Shown here piece by piece: positions 51,262 through 60,726 of a stretch of DNA of 64,000 nt. Position 1 is the first letter of the stretch. Every line of letters starts with the position of its first letter. This DNA is from Spirochaetia bacterium (GTDB lineage Bacteria > Spirochaetota > Spirochaetia > SZUA-6 > Bin103). Below the pieces are notes generated by a model. The model was not told the origin of the DNA. It saw nothing but the letters and a program-made list of their open reading frames with translations, and made no database searches. The DNA is taken from NCBI GenBank assembly GCA_965199955.1, contig CBDATQ010000001.1:96001-160000 (forward strand), given 5' to 3'. Made by a program: the position numbers and the translations under genes.

Positions 51262-52932
51262 CTACGAGTCTGACGCACCTGCCGCTATCGCGGCACGTCC
51301 GTCAGACTCGTACCGGGCGATCGGGAACCGGCGGCCGGGGCCGAACGCGCGCCGTGACAGCTTGATCACGGTCGCGGCCTGGCGCCGCTTGTGCTCCGAG
51401 CGCGCCACCATCTGCAGGATGCGCCCGACGAGATCGGGCTCGAAGCCGGCGGCGGCGATCTGCTCGGCGCCTTCGCTTTCCTCGACGTAGCGCCGCAGGA
51501 TCACGTCCAGCACGTCGTACGGCGGCAGCGAGTCGCTGTCGAGCTGCTCGGGCCGCAGCTCTGCCGAGGGCGGCTTGTCGATGGTCGCGTGCGGGATGGC
51601 CGGGCCGTCTTCGTTGATGCGGCGGGCAAGCGCGTACACCTGCGTCTTCCACAGGTCGCCGATCGGCGCCAGCGCGCCGGCCATGTCGCCGTACAAGGTG
51701 GCGTAGCCGGTGGCCAGCTCGCTCTTGTTGCCGGTGGCCAGGGCCAGCGCGCCGGTCTTGTTCGCGAACGCCATCACCAGCGTGCCGCGGATTCGTGCCT
51801 GCAGGTTCTCCTCCGCCGTGTTGGGAGGGCGGCCGGCAAAGACCGGCCCCAGCGTGTCCAGGTATGCCGAGAACGCCGGCTCGATCGACAGCACGTGGAA
51901 ATCGATCCCGAGCGCGCGCGCCAGGTCCTCCGCATCGCGCCGGCTGCCGGGCGACGAGTAGCGCGACGGCAGCGCGAATCCGGTGACCTGCTCTGCGCCC
52001 AGTTGGCGCGCGGCGACGGCAGCCACCACCGCGGAGTCGATGCCGCCCGAGATCGCCAGGCAGACACGGTCGTGGCCGGTCTTTGCCAGGTAGTCGCGCA
52101 GGCCGATGCCGATCGCGGATTCGACCTCCCGGTAGTCGTCCGTGGCAGGGGCGGCGACGCCGGTCGAGTCGGTGTCGATCACGGCTACGTCCTCCCGGAA
52201 CCCGGGCGACCGGTGGATCAGCCGGCCGTCTGCTGCGCACGCCATGGACTGCCCGTCGAAGATCAGTCCGTCGTTGCCCCCGACCGCGTTGGCGTACAGG
52301 ACCGGGCAGCCGCCGGTGGCCGCCACCCGCGCCAGCAGCGTGGCGCGGAGCGCCGGTTTGCCGAGATGATAGGGCGATGCCGACGGCGCCAGCATCAGCG
52401 TCGCGCCGGCGCGCGCCTGCTCGGCGACCGGGTCGCGCGCGTAGACGCCTGCGGGATCGGGGTCCGACTCCCACCAGATGTCCTCGCAGATGGTGAGCCC
52501 CAGCCGCTCGCCGGCGAACGGCACGGGCCGGCAGGCGGCGGCCGGCTCGAAGTAGCGCGCCTCGTCGAACACGTCGTAGGTGGGGAGCAGGCTCTTGGCC
52601 TGCGAGCCGACCACCGCGCCGCCGGCGAGCAGCGTGGCGACGTTGTGCAGCGCCTTGCCCGCACCGGTCCGGTTGGGAGCGACGTGGCCGACCACCACGC
52701 CCAGTCCCTTCGGCAGCAGCCGGCGCAGCCGATCGACGGCGTCGAGGTTGGCCGCGACGAACGACCGGTGGTCCAGCAGGTCCATCGGCGGGTAGCCGCA
52801 CACCGACAGCTCCGGGCAGACCATCAGCGTTGCGCCGCCGGCTTGCGCCGCCTGCGCGGCGGACACGATGCCGTCGACATTGCCGGTGAAGTCGCCGATG
52901 GTCGGGTTGATCTGGGCCAGGGCGATCCGCAC
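51262..52932 (-). CDS. nadE: Glutamine-dependent NAD+ synthetase
   Basis: Nitrilase domain PEL/K/ICEDIW, SGGIDS, ENLQARIR, TGNKSE, PSAEL. Confidence 0.96.
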   Translation of the reverse strand: MRIALAQINPTIGDFTGNVDGIVSAAQAAQAGGATLMVCPELSVCGYPPMDLLDHRSFVAANLDAVDRLRRLLPKGLGVVVGHVAPNRTGAGKALHNVATLLAGGAVVGSQAKSLLPTYDVFDEARYFEPAAACRPVPFAGERLGLTICEDIWWESDPDPAGVYARDPVAEQARAGATLMLAPSASPYHLGKPALRATLLARVAATGGCPVLYANAVGGNDGLIFDGQSMACAADGRLIHRSPGFREDVAVIDTDSTGVAAPATDDYREVESAIGIGLRDYLAKTGHDRVCLAISGGIDSAVVAAVAARQLGAEQVTGFALPSRYSSPGSRRDAEDLARALGIDFHVLSIEPAFSAYLDTLGPVFAGRPPNTAEENLQARIRGTLVMAFANKTGALALATGNKSELATGYATLYGDMAGALAPIGDLWKTQVYALARRINEDGPAIPHATIDKPPSAELRPEQLDSDSLPPYDVLDVILRRYVEESEGAEQIAAAGFEPDLVGRILQMVARSEHKRRQAATVIKLSRRAFGPGRRFPIARYESDGRAAIAAGASDS

Positions 52933-52957
52933 GACCCCTCCTGTTCCGGGAGCTTCC

Positions 52958-53031
<74 letters not shown>

Positions 53032-53119
53032 ATGTGCGCCGCACGGCGCCGCATAAAGTTACACCGCCCGGGCACGGACGGCGAGTCCGGAGCGCGACGG
53101 CCTGAGCTCCCGGGTGCGG

Positions 53120-53335
53120 CTCCACGCACGTCCGGCGTACCCAGGCGCCGATGCCGGCATCGCGAAGCCGCCGCTCGACCTCAGAGAGTTGCGCCGCCGA
53201 GGCGGGTTCGGTGACGACCCGGATCTCGTCCCCGACAGGATCCAGGGCGGCGGGGATGTCCCGATGCGCAGCCGCTGGAGCAGGTCGTGGGCGTTGTCCG
53301 GGATCCCGAACACCCCGACTTGCTGCAGGTACCGC
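53120..53335 (-). pseudogene. Out-of-frame SPOR domain formerly fused to rlpA
   Basis: YLQQVGVFGIPDNAHDLLQRLR in one frame; RDIPA...IRVVTEP...VERRLRDAGIGAWV in a third frame. Confidence 0.6.
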
Positions 53336-53336
53336 G

Positions 53337-53753
53337 TCAGGGCGGTACCTGCAGGACCTGCAGGCGCACCGGGGCGACGCCGGACCGCAGCATCCCCAAC
53401 TCGCGGGCGGCGCCCAGGGACAGGTCGATGATGCGGTCGGCCACGAACGGACCGCGGTCGTTGATGCGGACCTCGACGCTTCCGCCGCCGCCCGTCAGGG
53501 AGACTCTCACCAAGGTGTCGAACGGCAGGGTTGGGTGCGCGGCGGTCAACGCGAACATGTCGTACTGCTCGCCGCTGGCGGTCGGCCGGCCATGGAACTG
53601 CCAGCCGTACCAGGATGCCAGGCCGGTGGTGCCCGCGGGGAGTGCTGCCCGCTCGTGCTGGCCGGGCGCGGCGGTGAACGATACCGCCGGCGCCTCCTGC
53701 GCGGCGGCGCCGGCGGCGATCAGCGCAAACAAAGCCGGGAAGATGGCGTACAT
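53337..53753 (-). CDS. rlpA: RlpA-family lytic transglycosylase (DPBB domain), C-terminally truncated
   Basis: GLASWYG, TASGE, TAAHPTLPF, INDRGPF, RIIDLS; signal peptide. Confidence 0.88.
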   Translation of the reverse strand: MYAIFPALFALIAAGAAAQEAPAVSFTAAPGQHERAALPAGTTGLASWYGWQFHGRPTASGEQYDMFALTAAHPTLPFDTLVRVSLTGGGGSVEVRINDRGPFVADRIIDLSLGAARELGMLRSGVAPVRLQVLQVPP

Positions 53754-53796
53754 CCACTTGATTATCGACTCCGAGGTCTGCAAATTGAGATCGGCG

Positions 53797-54687
53797 ATGA
53801 GCGGCGATCTGCGTGCGGCCCTGGCCGTCGAGCGGCCCCTGCAGGTGGTCGGGGTGATCAACGCCTATGCCGCGGTGCAGGCGCGGTCGGCCGGATTCCG
53901 GGCGATCTACCTGTCCGGCGCGGGCGTGGCCAACGCGGGATTCGCGCTACCCGACCTGGCGATGACGGGCCTGGGGGACGTGCTGGAGGACACGCGCCGG
54001 ATCACCGGCGCCGTGCCCCTGCCGTTGCTGGTGGATGCCGATACCGGCTGGGGTGAGGGCCTCACCATCGGCCGCACCGCCCGCGAGCTGGCGCGCGCCG
54101 GCGCCGCCGCCATGCACCTGGAGGACCAGGTGCAGACCAAGCGGTGCGGGCACCGCGGCGGCAAGCAGCTCGTGGCCGCCGACCTGATGCAGGAACGGAT
54201 CGCCGCGGCCGCAGACGGCCGGCCCGACGAGCGCTTCGTGGTGATGGCGCGCACCGACGCGCTGGCGGTCGAGGGCCTGGACTCGGCGGTGGAGCGGTGC
54301 GGGCGCTACGTGGAGGCCGGAGCTGATATGATCTTCTTCGAAGGCGCCACCGCGCTGGACCAGTTCGGCCGCGTGGCGGAGGCGGCAGGGGTTCCTGTGC
54401 TGGCCAACATCACCGAGTTCGGACAGACGCCGCTGTGGACGCGCGAGCAGCTCGCGGCGGCCGGGGTGGCGCTGGTGCTCTATCCGCTGTCCGGGTTCCG
54501 CGCCATGGCCAAGGCGGCGGCCGGCGTGTTCGAGACGATCCGCCGCGACGGCACGCAAAGGGAGACGATCACGCAGATGCAGACACGTGCTGAGCTGTAC
54601 GAGACACTGGACTACGAGCGCTACGAGGCGCGCGCGGACGCGATCCTGGCCCGGGCGGACCAGGCCCGGAACGGCAACCGTGGCTGA
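53797..54687 (+). CDS. prpB: 2-methylisocitrate lyase
   Basis: YLSGAG, VDADTG, EDQ...KRCGH, ANITEFG. Confidence 0.95.
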   Translation: MSGDLRAALAVERPLQVVGVINAYAAVQARSAGFRAIYLSGAGVANAGFALPDLAMTGLGDVLEDTRRITGAVPLPLLVDADTGWGEGLTIGRTARELARAGAAAMHLEDQVQTKRCGHRGGKQLVAADLMQERIAAAADGRPDERFVVMARTDALAVEGLDSAVERCGRYVEAGADMIFFEGATALDQFGRVAEAAGVPVLANITEFGQTPLWTREQLAAAGVALVLYPLSGFRAMAKAAAGVFETIRRDGTQRETITQMQTRAELYETLDYERYEARADAILARADQARNGNRG

Positions 54688-55783
54688 GGCGAGCGCCGGT
54701 CTGAGCGGCGTGGTCGCCGGCCGCTCGGCGATCGCGACCGTCGGCAAGGGCCACGGTCTGCGCTACCGCGGCTACGCGATCGAGGAGCTGGCGGGCGGCA
54801 CCTGCTTCGAGGAGGTGGCTTGGCTGCTGATTCACGGCGAGCTGCCGGGACGCGCCGAGCTCGACGCGTACCGGCAGCGGCTGGCCGCGCGCCGGGACCT
54901 TCCGGAAGCGGTCCGCGACATCCTGCATCGGCTGCCCGATCACGCCCACCCGATGGACGTGCTGCGCACCGGCTGCTCGGCGCTGGGAGCGGTCGGTCCG
55001 GAGGTGGATCCCGCCGCGATGGTGGACGCGGCCGACACCCTGCTGGCGCAGTTGCCGGCGGTGATCGGCGCGTGGCGCGGCGCCGCCGCGGATGGTGGCG
55101 TCGCCGGGTCCCTCGCCGCCCACACCCTGGTCCAGTTCGGCGCCGGGCCGGTGACGCCCGAGGCCGAGCGCACCCTGGACGTCGCCATGACCCTGTACGC
55201 CGAGCACGAGTTCAACGCCTCCACCTTCGCGGCGCGCACCGCGGCCTCCACCCTCACCGACTTCCACTCCGCGATCACGGCCGCCATCGGCACGCTGCGC
55301 GGGCGGCTGCACGGCGGCGCCAACGAGGCGGCGCTCGACCTGATCCGCTCCTTCGACGATCCCGAAGTGGCGGAGGAAGGCGTCATGCGGGCGCTGGCGG
55401 AGAAAAGGCTGATCATGGGGTTCGGCCACCGCGTCTACCGCGGCGGCGATCCCCGCTCGCCGATCATTGAGGCGTGCGCGGAGCGGCTGGTGGCCGGGCA
55501 CGGCGGCGCCGATCTTCTGGCCATCGCGCGCCGCATCGAGTCCGTGATGCGGCGGGAGAAGGGGCTGTTCCCGAACCTGGACTTCTACAGCGCCGTCGTG
55601 TTCCACCAGCTCGGCATCGAGCAGCGCCTGTTCACGCCGGTGTTCGTGATCGCCCGCCTGACCGGCTGGGCCGCGCATGTTATCGAGCAGCTCGCCGACA
55701 ACAAGCTGATCCGCCCCACCGCCGAGTACGTCGGCCCCGACGACCGCGCGTTCGTGCCGCTTTCGGAGCGTTCTACTCCTTGA
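54680..55783 (+). CDS. prpC: 2-methylcitrate synthase
   Basis: YAEHEFNASTF, LHGGAN, GFGHRVY, PNLDF; downstream of prpB. Confidence 0.92.
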   Translation: MAEASAGLSGVVAGRSAIATVGKGHGLRYRGYAIEELAGGTCFEEVAWLLIHGELPGRAELDAYRQRLAARRDLPEAVRDILHRLPDHAHPMDVLRTGCSALGAVGPEVDPAAMVDAADTLLAQLPAVIGAWRGAAADGGVAGSLAAHTLVQFGAGPVTPEAERTLDVAMTLYAEHEFNASTFAARTAASTLTDFHSAITAAIGTLRGRLHGGANEAALDLIRSFDDPEVAEEGVMRALAEKRLIMGFGHRVYRGGDPRSPIIEACAERLVAGHGGADLLAIARRIESVMRREKGLFPNLDFYSAVVFHQLGIEQRLFTPVFVIARLTGWAAHVIEQLADNKLIRPTAEYVGPDDRAFVPLSERSTP

Positions 55784-56105
55784 GCGCCAGGTGGACGATG
55801 ACCGGCAGCGCGACGCCTGCCGGCAGCGTGCCGGTCAGGCGCAGCCAGCCGCCGAAGTGGCGGAGGCGTGCGAACGTGGTCGGTCCCGGCGTGCCCGGCA
55901 GCGCGATCTCCGTGCCCTCGTCGGTCCAGTGGATGCCGTCGGGCGCGATCTGCACGCGGGCCGTGGCGCCGGCCGGCGCCTCGCCTTCGATGAGGCGGAT
56001 GAAGAAGATCGCCTCGCGCGCCCATGCCGATTCGTACGGCTCGGTGGCGAACTCGCCTTCCCAGGTGGTGCCCAGCTCGATCGCCGTGGTGTGACTCTGC
56101 CTCAT
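55773..56105 (-). CDS. Conserved hypothetical protein (recalled as DUF6385-like; unverified)
   Basis: TEPYESAWAREAIFFIR...QIAPDGIHW...HFGGWLRL; SD GAGG. Confidence 0.6.
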   Translation of the reverse strand: MRQSHTTAIELGTTWEGEFATEPYESAWAREAIFFIRLIEGEAPAGATARVQIAPDGIHWTDEGTEIALPGTPGPTTFARLRHFGGWLRLTGTLPAGVALPVIVHLALKE

Positions 56106-56118
56106 CGTTCCTCTCCCC

Positions 56119-56973
56119 TCACGTGGCCGTGGAGACCGCGACGCTGTCCACGTACAGAAACGCGCGCATGTCGGCGTCACTTTCCACGAAGAACGCCACG
56201 TTCAGCATCGACCACAGGTTGGGCATCGCCGGCAGCCGCATCGGCTCGATGCCGGCCACGTCCAGGTCACGCTCGTTGCAGCGGAATCCCAGGAAGCGCA
56301 TGGCGGCCAGGTCGAAATCCAGCCGCAGGTAGTACCAGTTGTGCTTGGTGGCGATCTCGTTGTAGCAGAGCCGCTGGCCGCCGCCCGGGACGTCGACCCA
56401 GTTGCGGGACTTGAAGTGGAAGTGCGACCAGGTCTTGCCGCGCGTGCCGATGTCGTGGAGCGGCTCGCGCTCGTTCTTGTACTGCCAGCGCTCGGCGCGA
56501 GCGCCCTCGAATGCGTTGAGGTAGCGGATGTGCGGCATGACCCGAAGCGGCTCAGCGGCCTGGCCGTCGGCGTGCTGGAGGTCGAGCAGGATCCCGAACG
56601 CGCGCACCGCCGTCTCGCCGAGTTCCAGCTCGTTCGCCTCCGGCTTGAAGGTGACGATCGCCTCCACCCGCAGCGGTCCGGCGGTGCGGAAGGTGGAGCG
56701 CTTGATCGCCGTGCAGAAGGTGCCGGGCTTGGCGCGCGTGGCTAGCTTCAGCGCGTAGGCTCCGCCGATCGCGCCGGAGGTGCCCGCGTCCCACATGGTC
56801 AGGTTGCTGAGCATCGGCGGGCGCATGTCCATGTACTCCGGCAGCATGGCATCGACGCGGTCCTCGTAGTTGCCGATCAGCGCGCCCCAGCCGTTCACGC
56901 CGTCGTTGAAGTCGTCGTAGAACAGCAGCCTCTGCAGCGGCTCGAACGAGCTCAGGGTCGTGTGTGCCTGCAT
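56119..56973 (-). CDS. Conserved hypothetical protein (recalled as DUF6772-like; unverified)
   Basis: 284-aa ORF with coding-like composition: FYDDFNDGVNGW, CYNEIATKHNWYYLR. Confidence 0.7.
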   Translation of the reverse strand: MQAHTTLSSFEPLQRLLFYDDFNDGVNGWGALIGNYEDRVDAMLPEYMDMRPPMLSNLTMWDAGTSGAIGGAYALKLATRAKPGTFCTAIKRSTFRTAGPLRVEAIVTFKPEANELELGETAVRAFGILLDLQHADGQAAEPLRVMPHIRYLNAFEGARAERWQYKNEREPLHDIGTRGKTWSHFHFKSRNWVDVPGGGQRLCYNEIATKHNWYYLRLDFDLAAMRFLGFRCNERDLDVAGIEPMRLPAMPNLWSMLNVAFFVESDADMRAFLYVDSVAVSTAT

Positions 56974-57050
56974 GCCGGCACTGTCTCACACCCGCCGGCG
57001 CGCGTGAACCGGTAGAGTTCGGGAGTCGTCTCTGAGATGGTGTGCATCGC

Positions 57051-58463
57051 ATGAATGCGGATGAGGTGCTGGAGCGGCTGGCCACGTACGCGGCCGAGCC
57101 GCCGCAGTTCCCGCAAGCCGCCCACGACGCCGCCCGGCTGTGTCTGCTGGACGCGCTGGGCTGCGCGGCGCTGGCGCTGCGCCACCCCGCCTGCACTCGC
57201 CTGCTGGGACCGTTCGTGCCGGACCAGGACGATCACGTGCCCGGCGGCGCCCGGGTGCCCGGCACGGCGCTTGCGCTGGACCCGATACAGGCGGCGTTCA
57301 ACACGTCGATGCTGATCCGCTGGCTCGACTACAACGACACGTGGCTGGCGGCCGAGTGGGGCCACCCCTCCGACAACATCGGCGCGCTGCTGGCGGTGGC
57401 GGACCACCTGTGCCGCACGGGGCAGCGCCGCGTCACGATGCGCGAGCTGGAGTCGCTGATCGTGCGCGCCTACGAGATCCAGGGCGTGCTGGCGATCGAC
57501 AACAGCTTCAACCGCGTGGGCTTCGATCACGTTCTGCTGGTGAAGTTGGCCTGCGCGTGCACGGTCACCGCCCTGCTCTCAGGCGACGCGGACGCGGTGG
57601 CGGCCGCCGCGTCGCAGGCGCTGGTCGACGCCGGCCCGCTGCGCACGTACCGCCACGCGCCCAACACCGGTTCGCGCAAGTCCTGGGCGGCGGGCGACGC
57701 CGCGGCGCGCGCGGTGCAGCTCGCCTACCTGACGATGCGCGGCGAGCCGGGGTACCCGCGCGCGGTGGAGGCTCCGCGCTGGGGCTTCGACGCGGTGCTG
57801 CTCCGCGGCAAGCCGCTGCGCTGCGGGCCGCTGGCCAGCCACATCGTCGAGCACGTGCTGTTCAAGGTCGACTTCCCCGCGGAGTTCCACGCGCAGACCG
57901 CGGCCGAGGCGGCGATCGCCCTGCACCCGCGGGTGCGCGACCGGCTGGACGAGATCGATCGCATCGACATTCGCACCCAGGAGGCGGCGGTGCGGATCAT
58001 CGACAAGACCGGGCCGCTGGCCAATCCGGCGGACCGCGACCACTGCCTGCAATACATCGTCGCGGTGGGGCTGCTCGCCGGCGAGTTGACCGACCACCAC
58101 TACGACGACGCGTTCGCCGCCGACCCGCGCATCGACCGGCTGCGCGCCGTGATGCGCGTGGCCGAGGAGCCGTCGTACAGCGCCGGCTACCTGGATCCTG
58201 CCGAGCGCTCGATCGCCAACGCACTGCAGGTGCACTTCGCGGACGGGACGCACACCGAACGCGTGGAGGTGGTCTACCCGATCGGCCACCCCCGACGGCG
58301 TGCGGAGGCGTTGCCGCGGTTGCGGCGCAAGCTGCAGGCCAATCTGGCCTCGGCGTTCGATGCCGAGCGGGTGGAGCGCATCGTGGCGTGGTTCGACGAC
58401 GGCGCCGCGCTGGCGGACATGACCGTGTCGGACTTCATGGACGCTCTGGTTGCCGAGCGGTGA
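57051..58463 (+). CDS. prpD: 2-methylcitrate dehydratase
   Basis: RWLDYNDTWLAAEWGHPSDN, YRHAPNTGSRKSWAAGDA, AEFHAQT. Confidence 0.96.
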   Translation: MNADEVLERLATYAAEPPQFPQAAHDAARLCLLDALGCAALALRHPACTRLLGPFVPDQDDHVPGGARVPGTALALDPIQAAFNTSMLIRWLDYNDTWLAAEWGHPSDNIGALLAVADHLCRTGQRRVTMRELESLIVRAYEIQGVLAIDNSFNRVGFDHVLLVKLACACTVTALLSGDADAVAAAASQALVDAGPLRTYRHAPNTGSRKSWAAGDAAARAVQLAYLTMRGEPGYPRAVEAPRWGFDAVLLRGKPLRCGPLASHIVEHVLFKVDFPAEFHAQTAAEAAIALHPRVRDRLDEIDRIDIRTQEAAVRIIDKTGPLANPADRDHCLQYIVAVGLLAGELTDHHYDDAFAADPRIDRLRAVMRVAEEPSYSAGYLDPAERSIANALQVHFADGTHTERVEVVYPIGHPRRRAEALPRLRRKLQANLASAFDAERVERIVAWFDDGAALADMTVSDFMDALVAER

Positions 58464-58482
58464 CCTCGACGGGAGGAAGCGA

Positions 58483-59199
58483 ATGCACGTATTGATCACC
58501 GGTTCCGCCGGCAGGCTGGGCCGGGTGCTGGTCGCCGGTCTTGGTGACCGGCACCGGCTGCGGGGCTACGACCTGCAGCCGACGCCGGACGTCGAGGAGT
58601 CCGTGGTCGGCGACCTGCAGGACCTGGAGCGGCTGACCGCCGCGGCCGAAGGGGTGGACGGCATCGTCCACCTGGGGGCCGCCGTGGGCGGCGCGCACGG
58701 CTGGGAGGCGGTGCTTCAGGCAAACATCGTCGGCATGCGCAACGCGCTGGAGGCAGCGCGGCGCGCCGGCGCGCCGCGCTTCGTGTTCGCGAGCCGCGCC
58801 GGCCTGGTCGAGCGCTACCCGCGCAAGCTGACGCGCACGGTGGACCTTCCGACGCGGCCGTTCGACGACTACTCGGTCAGCAAGGCGTTCGGGGAACAGC
58901 TCGGCCACCGCTACCACGACGAATTCGGGATCGAGTTCGTGGCCGTGCGCATCGGCAGCTTCCGCGCCGACCGGACCGATACCCGGCACCCGCACGACCT
59001 CAGCCACGGCGACGCCGTGCGGGTGTTCGAGGCGGCCCTCACCCATCCCGGCGTGGGTTTCGAGATCGTCTTCGGCGTCTCCGACGCGGTGTGGCCACTG
59101 TACGACCTGGACTACGGGCGCCGCGCCATCGGCTATCACCCGCGGGACCGCTGCGAACTCACCGAGGCGGCCGACACCTCTCCCCGCTTCCGCGACTGA
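58483..59199 (+). CDS. NAD-dependent epimerase/dehydratase (uronate dehydrogenase-like SDR)
   Basis: ITGSAGRLG, YSVSK, RIGS. Confidence 0.85.
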   Translation: MHVLITGSAGRLGRVLVAGLGDRHRLRGYDLQPTPDVEESVVGDLQDLERLTAAAEGVDGIVHLGAAVGGAHGWEAVLQANIVGMRNALEAARRAGAPRFVFASRAGLVERYPRKLTRTVDLPTRPFDDYSVSKAFGEQLGHRYHDEFGIEFVAVRIGSFRADRTDTRHPHDLSHGDAVRVFEAALTHPGVGFEIVFGVSDAVWPLYDLDYGRRAIGYHPRDRCELTEAADTSPRFRD

Positions 59200-59282
59200 G
59201 GCGCCAGGCCTCAGAGAAGAAAGGGCGCCGCACGCGGAGTTGATCCGCGCCAGCGCCCTCCCGGTTATCCGATGCGCGCGGC

Positions 59283-60473
59283 CTACGCGGCTATCATCGC
59301 GTGCGGGTCGATCACGAACTTGGTCGCCGCACCCTTGTCGAAGTCCTGGTAGCCGTTGGGCGCATCGTCCAGGGAGATGACCTGCGCGTTGACCGCCTCT
59401 GCGATCTTCACCTTGTCGTAGACGATCGCCTGCATGAGCTGGCGGTGGTAGCGCATCACCGGGCACTGGCCGGTGGTGAAGTGATGGGACTTCGCCCAGC
59501 CCAGGCCGATGCGGATACCCAGGTTGCCGATCTTGGCGTTGTCGTCCACGCCGCCCGGGTCGCCGGTCACGTACAGGCCGGGAATGCCGATGCCGCCGCC
59601 GGTGCGGGTCACCTCCATGACCGAGTTGAGCACCGTGGCCGGCTGCTCGACGGCGGAGTCCTTGCCGTGGCCGCGCGCCTCGAAGCCCACGCAGTCGACC
59701 GCCTGGTCGACCTCCGGCTCGCCGACGATCTCGGCGATCTGCTCGCCCAAGGTGGCGTCCTTGGTCAGGTCGACGGTCTCGCAGCCGAAGCTGCGTGCCT
59801 GCGCCAGCCGCTCGGCGATCATGTCGCCGACGATCACGACCGCGGCGCCCAGCAGCTGACAGGAATGCGCGCACGCCAGGCCGACCGGCCCGCCGCCGGC
59901 AACGTAGACGATCGAGCCGGGCCCGACGCCGGCCGAGAACGCGCCGTGGAAGCCGGTGGGGAAGATGTCCGACAGCAGCGTCAGGTCCTTGATCTTGGCC
60001 ATCGCCACGTCACGCTCAGGCAGCTTCAGCAGGTTGAAGTCCGCGTACGGCACCATCACGTACTCGGCCTGCCCGCCGACCCAGCCGCCCATGTCGACGT
60101 AGCCGTAGGCGGCGCCGGGACGGGCCGGATTCACGTTCAGGCAGATGCCGGTCTTGGTCTCCTTGCAGTTGCGGCAGCGGCCGCAGGCGATGTTGAAAGG
60201 GACGCTGACGATGTCGCCAACGTCGACGAACTCGACGTCGTGGCCGGCCTCGATCACCTCACCGGTGATCTCGTGGCCCAGGATGAGCCCCTCGGGCGCG
60301 GTCGTGCGGCCGCGCACCATGTGCTGGTCGCTGCCGCAGATGTTGGTCGATACGATCTTGAGGATCACGCCGTGGTCGCACTTGCGATCGCCGAGCGCCA
60401 GCTCGGGAAAGTCGATCGACTGGATCTCGACCACGCCGGGCTTGATGTAGGCTACGCCTCGGTTGCTTGCCAT
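59283..60473 (-). CDS. fdhA: Glutathione-independent formaldehyde dehydrogenase
   Basis: ICGSDQHMVRGRT, GHE, CGRCRNC, GYVDMGGW, GLGWAKS. Confidence 0.94.
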   Translation of the reverse strand: MASNRGVAYIKPGVVEIQSIDFPELALGDRKCDHGVILKIVSTNICGSDQHMVRGRTTAPEGLILGHEITGEVIEAGHDVEFVDVGDIVSVPFNIACGRCRNCKETKTGICLNVNPARPGAAYGYVDMGGWVGGQAEYVMVPYADFNLLKLPERDVAMAKIKDLTLLSDIFPTGFHGAFSAGVGPGSIVYVAGGGPVGLACAHSCQLLGAAVVIVGDMIAERLAQARSFGCETVDLTKDATLGEQIAEIVGEPEVDQAVDCVGFEARGHGKDSAVEQPATVLNSVMEVTRTGGGIGIPGLYVTGDPGGVDDNAKIGNLGIRIGLGWAKSHHFTTGQCPVMRYHRQLMQAIVYDKVKIAEAVNAQVISLDDAPNGYQDFDKGAATKFVIDPHAMIAA

Positions 60474-60726
60474 CTGAATCCCTCCGGGAAATTGGTCGTC
60501 GTGAACGGGCCCCGACTCTACGCCGAGGGAGCCCGGCCGGCAACTCCCCCTGGTGTGAGGTACTCGCGGAAACCTCCGCTATTTGCGACGGATGTGCCAA
60601 TTTCGCGATCCTTAGCAGGCAGCGAGTCGTTGACGCGACAATCAACGTGCCGATAGCGTACCAGTTCGGCTGCGGTATCGCCGTCCGGCGTTTCCCGCTG
60701 CCTACAACAGAATGGAGGGTCGAAAA

